Origin: Azolla caroliniana
Lineage: Eukaryota; Plantae; Polypodiophyta
Direction of reading: 5' to 3'
Assembly: GCA_043228905.1 (NCBI GenBank)
Contig: JBHGNT010000006.1
Coordinates: 4,712,001 to 4,776,000, forward strand
Length of the DNA stretch: 64,000 bases
This document shows, one piece after another, positions 52,490 to 64,000 of this stretch (within the stretch, counting starts at the first letter, position 1; every line of letters begins with the position of its first letter). Below the pieces are notes generated by a model. That model was not told where the DNA came from and ran no database searches. It was given only the letters and a program-made list of their open reading frames with translations. The position numbers and the translations under genes were made by a program.

Positions 52490-55400
52490 ATGACCCACCT
52501 AATCATGCCATTCCTTCTCATTTCTGCACTCATCTTAAGCTTCAGTTGTATTAGTAGTGGTACTACTAATTCGGCCGTCCAAGTTTCTTCTTCTTCTTCT
52601 TCTTCTGAACCCAATACAGCATCCGGCGCACTTGAGCTGAGAGAGAACATAATCGAGAAAGTGGAGAAAGTGAGTGAATTGATCCAGAGAGCTCAGAAGA
52701 ACGCGGTGGAGCAAGAGAGAGAAGCAAGAGATGGAGATGGAAACCCAGGCAGTGGTAGTAGTAGGCCTGGTTATAGTGGAATGATAGAAGACTATAACAA
52801 TGGCAACGGAGGCGGATCATACAATGATGCAACAAACCCAAACCCTAACCCTAACCCAAACCCTAATCCATCTGACCCTGAATCTTACCCTAACCCTAGC
52901 ATGGATGAACAGTATGTGAGCGAGAGTGACTTGGAGGGGGGAGGCATGAGCGACGATTACTACAGGCGGGCGATGAATGTGTCGGGGGCAGGAGGAGGAG
53001 GAGGCGGCGCATTGTCAACGGACCCCGTGTCGTCGGCGTGCCCATCCACGACACTCTCGGAGATCGGATCGACACTGCGTGCGGTGGAGGCGGAGGTTTT
53101 GGGGAACCGTGAGGCCGATGCGAGCAACCATGCCCACCTCGCGCTCTTCTCCCTCTCCGATTGCTTGTCCTCCCTATCCAGCGGCCTCCCGGCTTCCGCT
53201 TCCGCTTCCGCCTCCGTGTCCGTGGCCGGCACCTCGTTGACCGATGCCAGTTCATCGTCCCAGGTATCGAATTCCCCCGTTGTTTTTGTTTAGAGACATG
53301 CGTGCCTGCCGGCATTATCGTATTATGGCTTGTTTAGGGTTCTTTTTAACCCTAAACCCTCGAGCTCAACCTTCAAGTGTTTGGAGTCACTCACACTAGG
53401 ATCAAGCAAGAATGAGCATATATAACAACATCCCCCATGTTTGGACCTCCTCAATCTTTTTAAGTGTTTGTTTGGAGTCACTCACTAGATCAACCATTAT
53501 TAGCATATATACCAACATCCCATGTGTAATGCTCCATCTTAATTGTTTGTTGGGACGCTGAACTAGATTAAGCATTATTAGCTTAGTGTTTTGGAGTCAC
53601 TAGATCAAGCATTATTAGCATATACCAACATCCCATGTTTAAAGCTCAATCTTTTAAGTGTTTGTTTGGAGTCACTAGATCAAGCCTTATTAGCATATAC
53701 CAACATCCCATGTTTAAAGCTCAATCTTTTAAGTGTTTGTTTGGAGTCACTAGATCAAGCCTTATTAGCATATACCAACATCCCATGTTTAAAGCTCAAT
53801 CTTTTAAGTGTTTGTTTGGAGTCACTAGATAAAGCCTTATTAACATATACCAACATCCCATGTTTAAAGCTCAATCTTTTAAGTGTTTGTTTGGAGTCAC
53901 TAGATCAAGCCTTATTAGCATATACCAACCTACGGCAAGATATAGATTTGGTCATCATAACTAGGGGCATGCACCATAAGCGTGGACGCAAAAATATTGA
54001 TGATAATTCTGTAGATCACATTTTGTAAAAAAATATGCTTTAAAATCTCACCCTCCTGGATCCATGCGCACGATTTAACATTTGTATGTGCCCCATGTGC
54101 ACGATCACGAATGATGTTGTGAAGTATGTTACTTTTTATCTTCATCTTCGTAAATTTGTCAATGTCAATGATGTTTGTGCAAAACTATCTTAACTATATT
54201 TCGTTGTGTGTAGGTCCTGAACTCTCTTTCTCTTGAGGAGTCGAATACCTACATTCTCGGGCAAGCAATCACCCTACTCGAGGCCATTACTTTATCACTC
54301 GACAAATTGGACAACCTTATATCAACCGGTTCTCGTGGTAGCAATGAAGGATCAATAGGGAATGTGAATACAAACATGGTGGAAGGTAAGGTTGTGAACA
54401 AGCGTGGAGAATTATACTTTTTTGGAGCTCAAGTTGGAATGCATTGGGTAGTCCAATAAGATGGGGTTTACAAGTTTAGAGGTTAATAAAGCTCATTGGT
54501 GTTTTCTTTTACATATAATGTGTATTGATTAGATCCTTATTTTAAATGGGACACATATTGTGACACGGGATCAATTCAGAACATGTTTTGATAATGAACT
54601 AGTTATTGCTTGAATAGCCTATGCATTAAATGTTGAAGCTATTCAATAGTTTTGGGATTTATGGAAGTATTTAATGAATGCCTAAGTATACTCGTATGCT
54701 ATGGCCCATGATGTATAGTTGAAAGTGGTAAAACTAAAGGAGGATGTAAGAGGGATGGCACGACGTGCCAATTCTCCAATTGTGGCAAAGGGAAGAATCT
54801 ACCTTTTTGTGCAATGGGCTTTGCATATGGGGTAACTGGTGGCGCACGTGGTCCCACGTATATTGTTACTCGTTCCGATGACAACCCAATATACCCTCGA
54901 CCAGGTACTAGCACTCTTTTTGTTGTATTTTAGAAAGTATACTAGAGTCATTCTAATTTTATGAAAACCTTGAAATACCCCTTAAGTTTTTGTTATTGTT
55001 TGACATATATGCCCTTGGCCAACCCTTCTTGAGCAATTATATGCCTAGCTTTCAGCAAGTATATGCCATGTTCATCCCTTTGCAATGAACATTTGGAGAA
55101 AAAAGGAAAACTTAAGGGCATTTTGGAGTTCTCCCCTTTCATTTTCAAGGCCAGATAACTTTTCTTACCTCCACCATCGCAAGAAAATGTCATGCTTCTC
55201 AACATTGTAATGTCCACTAGATTGTCCATATAAGAGAAACATGCTTTTAACTTAACTTCATAACAAGGAATGTTTGTATAACTTAAATGTTGGGTCCACA
55301 AGATTTATGGCCATAACTGCGAATGTATCCATAATGTATCCGGTAGGTTCTTTGCGTTATGGGGTGAGGCTTGGTGGCGGTGCACGAGGTGTTTGGATCA

Positions 55401-56800
55401 CTTTCGCGCGTAGCATGATCATTGTCTTAAAATCCATGCTTTGGGTTCGTAGCTCTACAACCATAGATGGACGGGGTTACAACATTACTATCACGGGTAG
55501 AATGCTTGTTGTCGGAGGAGTTCACAATGTGATACTACACAATTTCCAAATTAACTCGATGGCATTAAGTGATACCATCCATGTATTCGCTGGATCTACG
55601 AAGGTAATTTGCATCCTACAGCCTATGTACTATGCATATGTATCTATAGTTTGCATAAGATTAACTAGTCTTACATTAAGTTCAACCCATGTTGGCATAA
55701 TCGTGCGAGTCCAATGAATAAGGATATGCATGAAAGAAAAAAGGCAACCAAACATATCGTACAAAAGTTGTAGAGAACATGACACGATCGGTTTCACATT
55801 GTGATCCAGCACACTAGTTCGAGGTCTATACGGGTTCGCCTTTTCCCGTATATAACATTTTCTTTTTTGCATACGTATGAATAAGGTTTGGGTGGATCAC
55901 ATCACGTCTTTCGATGCAAAGCTCGGACTTGTCTCCGTGGTTCAGAGGGCAACCGATGTCACGATATCTAATTGCAAGCTCTCGAACCGTAACTTCAACA
56001 TGTTACTCGGAGCCGCGGATTCGGACATTAGCGATAAGAACCTTCGCGTGACCGTTTATCGCAATTGGTTCAAGGATTCAATGCAAAGGATGCCTCATTG
56101 CAGGTTCTTTTTCTTTTCCTTTTTACCAAAACTTTTACATACTCACTCCGCTACTCAAAGGACAAATATGGGGCATGGCCTTTCAAAAGCATTAAAAAAT
56201 AATAATTTAAAAAGGAAATAAGTACTAGGCTTTGTTTTCTCTCACTAAAACTACTTTTAAGATAATGAGAACAAAGCTTGGCAATTTGAATGTGGATTCT
56301 AACTACTACTACTACTACAACATACATACATATATAGGTGGGGGTATTGTCACGTGATGAACAACTTGTACACCAACTGGGGGTACTATGCGATCGGGGG
56401 GAGGGTTCACGCGAAGATCCGATCCGAGGGCAATGCGTTCATTGCCGGGAGGAGGGCGGAGGTCACACCGTGGTTCCCAGGGGCCGGGGCCACCCCTAAC
56501 TTTGACGGGACGGCGCTCATCCAGTCCTTAAATGACCTCCTTCTCAATGGCTCCACATTCCACCAATTCAATGTCGTGCGCCACTCCGCGGTGACTTCTT
56601 CTTCTTCGTCCACCAAATCCTTGTCTTCATCCTCCGTCTCGGTCGCCCTCGCACCGCCCCCTCCGTACCACACCCCCGCGGCTTACCCTCCATCCATCCC
56701 TTCTCCACGTGTGCTCCCCGAGCTCCTCCGCTCGTGCTCCGGCGCGCTCTTCACCCCCTCATCCCTTCGCCTCTGCCACCTCCTCTCTGGACTTAAATGA
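52490..56800 (+). CDS. Secreted polysaccharide lyase family 1 (pectate/pectin lyase-like) protein with long N-terminal extension, ~689 aa
   Basis: Exons 52490-53263, 54214-54385, 54719-54904, 55347-55603, 55886-56103 and 56338-56800, 2070 nt in frame. Signal peptide, then LPFCAMGFAYGVTGGARG..YIVT..DDNP..PRPGSLRYG, TTIDGRG, VWVDH and QRMPHCRWGYCHVMNNLYTNW. Confidence 0.9.
53363..53929. repeat. 75-bp minisatellite in intron 1 of the lyase gene
   Basis: Near-identical units start at 53591, 53666, 53741, 53816 and 53891 (partial), preceded by more diverged copies from about 53363. Confidence 0.95.
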
Positions 56801-57624
56801 GCTTCTTATAACCCTCATTGCTTTGCTAGCCCCTCATACACTATGGAGCATTGTTGCACCAAACTTCTAGAGAAAACCAACCTAGAGTTAGAACCTTGAG
56901 GTAAGTGAAGAAGACATTGCAATTGATGAGTGAGGGGCTTATCCTTATTAATGGGTCATGCAAAAGTTTTGTAGAAAGTTTAATAGTAGTAGGGTTTGGT
57001 AGGAAATTATAGAAGAAATATGGGGGCCTAAGCATTTTGTAATGGAAGAGCATCGAATAAAAAGCCCAATTGTATCCCCTTGGATTTTACTCGTGTTTGT
57101 TTATACATGTGAATACATATAAAGCATGATCCTATAAATGTTTGTTGGTAATTACTCGATGGATCCATTGTTATTTTTTGGGGGGCGTGTAGGATTATTA
57201 ACTTTTTTTAATGCTAGGACCTCTTTAATCTCGAGTTTCATCCCTTTCTCTTGTAATTTTATTGCACAACTAACTTATCTAGTCACTAGTTAGTGGGAGC
57301 TAATGTAGGCTTCAGTGGAAGGTAATACTCGGATTAGTTCCCTCTCATCGAGTAATAGTGTGAATGTTATCTTTACGTAATGGTAACATTTTCTCGTTTA
57401 GCCATCTTTCAACATAATAACATCATTCCAATACGTATTTCTAGTGGAACTTTCTCTTTTCAATAAATCTACATTTTTTGTTGCTATTTCGTAGCTATTG
57501 AAAAACTATCCTTAAAATACCAAATAATATTGAAACCTAGATGTCTTCCCGTTTACCAAATATAGGCATAATTAGTTAAATTGAAGATCAACATATCTTG
57601 GATATCATATTCATTTATAATCAA

Positions 57625-58074
57625 GGGAAAAGTACCAGGATACCCCTGGAAGTTCATCTATTTACCAGAATGCCCCTGAAAGTTCCAAATTTACCAAATT
57701 ACCCCTATGTCCAAAAAATTACACTTTATAAAGTAACTATACACTCAAATCTTTGGTAAATAGGGCTAGTTCGGGTCCATTTCTTCCACCTTTGGTAAAT
57801 AGGGCTTGTAGATTTGAGTGTATAATTACTTTATACACTCAAATCTACACTCAAATTACACTTTATAAAGTAATTATACACTCAAATCTACAAGCCCTAT
57901 TTACCAAATATGGAAGAATTGGACCCGAACTAGCCCTATGTATCAAAGATTTGAGTGGATAATTATTTTATAAAGTGTAATTTTTTGGACATAGGGGTAG
58001 TTTGGTAAATTTAGAACTTCCAGGGGCATTCTGGTAAATAGACGAACTTCCAAGGGTATCCTGGTACTTTTCCC
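57625..58074. mobile_element. Foldback (Mutator-like) MITE, almost fully palindromic
   Basis: GGGAAAAGTACCAGGATACCC... / ...GGGTATCCTGGTACTTTTCCC. Arms are about 210 bp with few mismatches around a short central spacer. TSD only degenerate. Confidence 0.88.
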
Positions 58075-59178
58075 TTAAAATAATGTGTATAGGTTATGCG
58101 TAATCTAGATATTGATTAATTCTTCTAGGACTTGATCATGGTTATCGTTTCCCTTAGGTCACCATATAACACCATTGATAATCTTACTTGAAATGTAATT
58201 GATTGCAACTCTCATGAACATCTCATCAATAACATTACTTTACTTGACCCTAGCCTTTGAACGGCATCTACTTTTGTCTTTCTTAACATCCTTCCTAAAA
58301 GGTTTTAATGAAATTGTTCATCAGTTGCAAATTTGTTACATTGATATCTTGTTTGATCTTTGTCTTTGTAACGTAACGTAACTAAACACTAGATCATCAC
58401 CTTATTATACTAATGGTAAATGTTAGATGTTATGAAACCTACTAATGATATCATGTTTCACTGCAAATCTTGAATTCCATTATAATAACAAATCATTTTC
58501 TCCAATACTACTTTGTAGTTTATTAATATTAAACAAACGAAGTTTTCAATTTGCACTCAGGTTTGTATGTGTAAGTTGCAATTCAAGGCCCATATAAAAC
58601 CACTAGTCAAATCAAGTGAATGATCATATCAATACTAGATATCTGTATGTTCATAGTAATATCTCCCAGAGGACAAACAAAAATCGGCTCATACAAATTT
58701 CTTATCAGAGCATCACAATGTTTTAATTTGTTAGCATTTAACTATTTTACCTTGAGGATAACACAGCTTGGTTCTGATATCAGATTCTAAAATGGTTTGC
58801 TGCAAAATTCCAAAATACATCTTTTGATGTATGGCACCGTTATTTTCCATCAAAAGTGTTTTGTTGACACAACACTTTACATAGATTTATCCAATTTATA
58901 ATGGTCAATACTCTTGATTATGTACAGTGGACAAAAAAACATGACGAGAACCAACCACTTTGATTTTCCATAGAAATATATTCAACGGTCAACACTTTCA
59001 ACGTTTACATACTTCTATTCATTCACCCATTAAAAGGGAGTTGGAATTCATGTAGTATTCCAAAGGTCTGATATTCATCGATTCTTAATACACTAAGAAA
59101 CTAGAGAATTAATTCTTAACCTCTGTTATCTTCTTTTGTCTATACAAAGAGAGCAACCACACTCTTAAGGTTCTTTGC

Positions 59179-62100
59179 TTATGAGTTGGCACTCCAATCA
59201 TATGTTCGATATAAAATCTTAAATTGATTCCCATCCAATAGCTCTAGCACGTTATCAACTGTGCTTGGTTCCAAATATCTGATGAGCGTTGTTAAAATCT
59301 CCGCCTCATTTTTCCCGAAATCAATACTAAACCTATCAGAACCCAAGGATTCAAAATATAAACAAAGGAAAATATAATGGTTGTTTAGTAAAAATATACT
59401 TCAACGAAATTTCACATACCAATCAATCATTTTGTCAATAGAGACAATTTTTGTGTCCATATTCACATGTAGACCACCATCTAGAAAGAAGGCACGGGCT
59501 GCAGCCTCAAGTTCTCCATTGATGTCATCTGGGGAATAGCACTTTAATGCAGGACTGGACTTGGATGCATTTGTAAGTGTAAAATGGATTCGTACCTCTG
59601 GTTCAGATAACATTACCTATCACAACACACGCATCCCATCAAAACTATAATAGTTGTTATTATAAAACCAAACCCACTGGTAATGAAGTATGTGATATTC
59701 AATGGATAGTTTTTTTCATTGTATAGGGCAACAATCTGAAACCAACTCTTCTTCTCATTGTATTACGAAAAACAGAAAAAAACATTCACTGAAACATAAA
59801 GCCTTACCGATAAGCGCTTATCATTTGGTCCAAATGGTTTAACAAGTTGATAAGGTGGGCGTCGGTTAGCTCGTAGTACACCATTTTGAACATCTGACAA
59901 TGAGAATGGGAAACCCCCAATCAAATACTGAAAGTCTCCAAAAAGCTTTCTTCTATCTAACCATCCCTCTGGGTGTCCCAAAATGATGATGGCATGTATC
60001 ATCATCAGGTTGTAAAGGTTGATAAAGAATGCAAGCTTTTCTTCATGAGAAAATGGACTAAGATCCACACGATGCAAATCTTGCGTCATCTTCAAATACC
60101 TGTAACGAAACAGCCCACAATTGTCAATAAACACAAACATAAATGCTAACCAATAGAAGAATATAAAACTCAATACAATTTGTTTTCCTTGCCTCCTGAA
60201 TTCCTCGCTTGTTGAGATGCTTGTATAATCGACTTGTTTTCCATCTTCTGAAACATATGCATCAATTATAGCGCTGGAAAATTTCCTCAATTTAACTTCG
60301 ATCTCAGTTGCTGATAGAGGCTCCATGTCATTGATATATCCATTGAAGTTATAACATTTTGTGGTAATGATGGGATCGTGCTCCAAAAATCGGTAAAGAT
60401 GATGTCCATCTTCAAACACATTTTCCCTGAAAAATCCAGCTACAAAAGTCACAACTGCACCCTGACAACGCATACATTTTCATATACATGCATACATACA
60501 TACATATACACATACCCACAATAAATTTATGAGTGTGTATGTGTAACTACATGCATTTACACACAATCAAGTTTGGTGTCTCCATGAAGAACCTGATTCT
60601 GCTCATAAATATCTAGGAAAGATGTAGCACTAACAAAAACTAAATTCATACAAACTAATGTTTTTTTCAATGAGAAATTTGTGCACCTCTTAAACTTCTA
60701 CACATCCTAATAAGTAATAAAAAAAATCGAAATTTGATCAATATATGAAATACTTACTGTAGCACATGGTGAAAAAAATGTTTGGTAGCAACTTTCCTCC
60801 CAAATTCTATAGCCTAAAACCACAAGCAAAAAAAACATCAGCATATTGAAAAGCCTTTTCAACAATATTGCTCCAAGCAAGAGATCAAACACACCATCAG
60901 AGAACCATGCAAATATAGAGATTTTTCAAAATCTACACATTGTTGACCACTTCCACACCGTTTAGCCAGCTCATGAGAAGTTTCTCTTATATTCTATTTT
61001 ATTGCGGTTGTACGATAATATCAAAATTACAAGAGTTACTGAGATTAATTTGTGACTTAATCTTATCAACTCAGTTGCATGCTAAAGCATCGTTGGAAGT
61101 AATAATCCATACAAGAAACTGCAAAAAATACGAATAGCACGATCAATGTCTACAACATAATGTCATCTTTGCAATTAACCCTATTTTCATGAGTAATAGA
61201 TTGATGGATAGCTACTGATGCTGAGAACTTTCACTTTCTATGGAACACAACACAAGTTCAAATTCTTGGTCTCTAGAACCTGGAGGCATAAATCGTTTTT
61301 CTTCGCCATCAAACTATTATTGAACTGTTTATCATACACGCAATCATCAAGACTATACTAATTCATATTGTCATTCATTTGGAGCATATATCAATACTGG
61401 AATTATTTATCGAAAATATACCAATAATAAAAGCATTCGTTGTGAGTATACCAACCACCATAAAAGCATTTTCCAGGCAGGCATAAACAAATCATAAAAG
61501 AATCCATGGAGACAAAACCAATCATAAACCCATTGTTTAGGTATAAAACAATCATAAAAGCATTCAGTGAATATAAATACTCTGTGAAATCATCAAAACA
61601 TTTGAAGACATGTTATTGAAAAGCTAAAGATAAGATGATAACTGTAAGTTCACATCCAGGAACATACGAGTCATAAAAGAATTACAATCAACAAATTCAT
61701 AAGAATGAACAGCAACACAAAACAACAAGGTAGATGAAGCTACAAACCTCCTCTCTAGTGCAATGTTGATCATCCTCAAATATTTCAGCAGCATCAAGCC
61801 CGAGAAAACACTTAGAAAATAGTCTCATCTTATGGAACCTATCTTTGACTTGAACTTTCTCTCTCAATCTCTTCACAATTTGTGCAAATTCATCACGCTT
61901 CAATACCAATGGATCATTATCTCCATAAACTGGGGGCTCAGGGGCAATTGACGGGCATTCTTTTCCCAATATTTCAATAACTTTCTGATCTAATTCACCT
62001 GTTGAATCCAAAGCATTCATTTCCTCTATACCGCCCATGAGAACCTCGTTGAAGAAAGTTTGAGGAACAGAGCATGTCCCTGTTCTTGCTTCTAATTCAA

Positions 62101-62578
62101 CTTTCATTTGTGGAAAAATTTCAATATTAATCTCTACATAGCTGAGAGATTTCTTTCTAAGAAGTGATCTCATAGACCTACAATCTTGGCATGAACCTCT
62201 GGAAAACAGAGTAACCCTACCTTTCATCATTTTAGGGTAGGTTTGTAAGTTTCTCTGAACATCATTATCACGCATCTCTTCTTCTTCATAATCATTATCG
62301 TCAAGTAATCCGAGGTCTTCGAGCTTCTCAGAAAGTCTTCTGATTACTTTACTCACAGAAATGCTTTTCTCCTTAACGAAGCTCTTGAATAAGGAAGCTT
62401 TCTCGGGCCAATCCATGGATGGACTAGTAGAAGAAAAAGAAGGGGAAATGCTCTGTTTCATTTTTGGTGAGATGGGTTCTTCTTCTTCTTTTAAGCTTTT
62501 TCCATTGGGAGAGGGTTTATCAGAGGTTACATATACTTCAGTAGCACCATGATCAGAAACCTGGACAGAGTTCTCCAT
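59179..62578 (-). CDS. Glutaredoxin + DEP + DUF547 domain protein, ~587 aa
   Basis: Exons 61748-62578, 60758-60813, 60193-60426, 59808-60099, 59420-59616 and 59179-59332, 1764 nt in frame. GRX region with CQDC and SVPQTFFNE, DEP region (VKDRFHKMRLFSKCFLG...HHVLQENVFEDGHHLYRF), DUF547 region (EEKLAFFINLYN, RIHFTL, YDWS). Confidence 0.92.
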
Positions 62579-63038
62579 AACTGGAAAGAGGAGAAGAAGA
62601 AGAAGAAGAAGAAGAAGAAGAAGGTTGCTAACAAGGCGATTGATTAATAACTATGGAAGCGAATTCTCTGTACGACGAATGGGTTAGGAGAAAAATGTCA
62701 TGCTGAAACCATGAACCTCTGAAAACCCATTCTCTATGCAGGCTCTCTCTCTCTCTCTCTGTATATATATATATAGATATACATAATACATGTATATATG
62801 ATATATCTATGTAAAGAGAGAGAGTATGTGTATGTATATGTGTATGTATATGTATATGTATATGTGTATGTATATAAAGAGAGTACGTGTGTGTATATAT
62901 ATATATCTATATCTCTTTATCTCTTGGTAGTGTGAATGTCTCCAATACTTACCTTAGTGTGATTGTGCCACAAACACTCCCACTCTGATACACAACCATG
63001 TGTCTCTCTATCACTAGTAGTATATGCATGGCATTCAA

Positions 63039-63135
63039 ATTTGTCCACCAAATAGCTAGCTAGTGTTCAAAGTTGTCCACCAAATAGATGGCTAGTAGTG
63101 TCCAGAGTTGTCCACCTGATAGCTAGCTAGCTACT
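63039..63135. repeat. Short tandem repeat (~33-36 bp, 3 copies) upstream of the GRX-DEP gene
   Basis: ttgtccaccaaatagctagctagtg-like unit occurs three times. Confidence 0.7.
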
Positions 63136-64000
63136 TGGGTGGCCATTTGTTGTATGGACACTTCACTTCGTATGTATGACCTGCCTCTCCTCGTGACTAA
63201 GAATCACCTCTTGTTATTTCGTCATAATCCAATCCACGTGTTGTATCTCATATATTTGGTTTCCTATGTTAAGATGCCTTGGAATGATAGCTTTATTTTA
63301 GAGCTTCATAGACGTAAAATTGATACAAATCATGCTATATATATAGTTAGCAATGGAGTTCTTCTTGTACATCAACACCATTCCTACTCATAACAATATC
63401 ATGATGTTTGTTTATAGTATATATCCAAATTATATATAAGTGGCGCGCTAGGTTGAAAGTTTGAGATTTTCTAGTGTGGGTTATGTGCTACGAACTTACA
63501 CATCAACATTTACACCCAAGTGGACAACATTGTGGTGTAGGTTAGAAAACTAGGTTCTCCCAAATACTTGGTCACCAAGGTAAAAATGTGGGATGTCGTT
63601 GGTGGTTTATCTAGGCTAGATTTTGTAGCCTTTCTTGCTAGATTGTCCAACAAAAACAACTAATTTACATTTCCATTCAAATGTGGTGTTATTGCTTTCA
63701 ACATTCATTTCAAGACATAAAAATCCAAGATTTAAATTTGATCACACATTATCAAGTGTTATCATGATTGATACTTTGCACTTCTTTTTTAATTATGCAA
63801 CGTAACTTTTCAAAGCATTACATAGTTTGAAACATTAATTTATTTGGGTTTGTTTCCAAGTTGTATTTAAGGGCATGATGCATGAACATACTTACCTTTT
63901 TTATCGAGAGCTATGTCATATTACACAAATTCATGTGTGACTGGAAATCGAGGTCTTGGATGTGTTTCTTCGACGCAACATGATTTGGTCATTTACCCAA

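Noticed and set aside
52835-52870. (AACCCT)n telomere-like repeat
   Set aside because: It encodes the in-frame Asn-Pro run of the lyase linker and is short and imperfect.
52896-53315. Antisense and alternative-frame ORFs over lyase exon 1
   Set aside because: Shadow ORFs of a GC-rich coding exon.
53591-54028. 145-aa ORF of 25-aa repeats, or a CRISPR-like array
   Set aside because: It is a translation of an intronic minisatellite. Units are contiguous with no unique spacers, there is no ATG start and there are no cas genes.

Overview
AT-rich land-plant nuclear DNA with spliceosomal introns and many (GA)n/(TA)n microsatellites. Gene and LINE style suggests a fern or another seed-free plant, which is inference only. 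Five complete genes were reconstructed exon by exon, each giving an intact spliced frame: U-box/ARM E3 ligase (-), COX6B (+), EXO1 (+), a secreted polysaccharide lyase family 1 protein (+) and a glutaredoxin-DEP-DUF547 protein (-). The first exon of a sixth gene runs off the left edge. Intergenic DNA and introns hold decayed LINEs and Copia pieces, a solo LTR, three hAT-type non-autonomous elements with 8-bp TSDs, foldback MITEs and minisatellites. The most notable signals are: (1) a pectate-lyase-like protein lacking two canonical Ca2+-binding aspartates and carrying a long, possibly PMEI-like N-terminal region; (2) several non-canonical splice features (U12-like intron, two GC-AG introns, stop-free 3n introns, a (GA)30 acceptor); (3) a 5'-inverted LINE; (4) a hammerhead-core-like motif inside a hAT element. 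Much of 8.7-17.9 kb and 21-30 kb could not be assigned.
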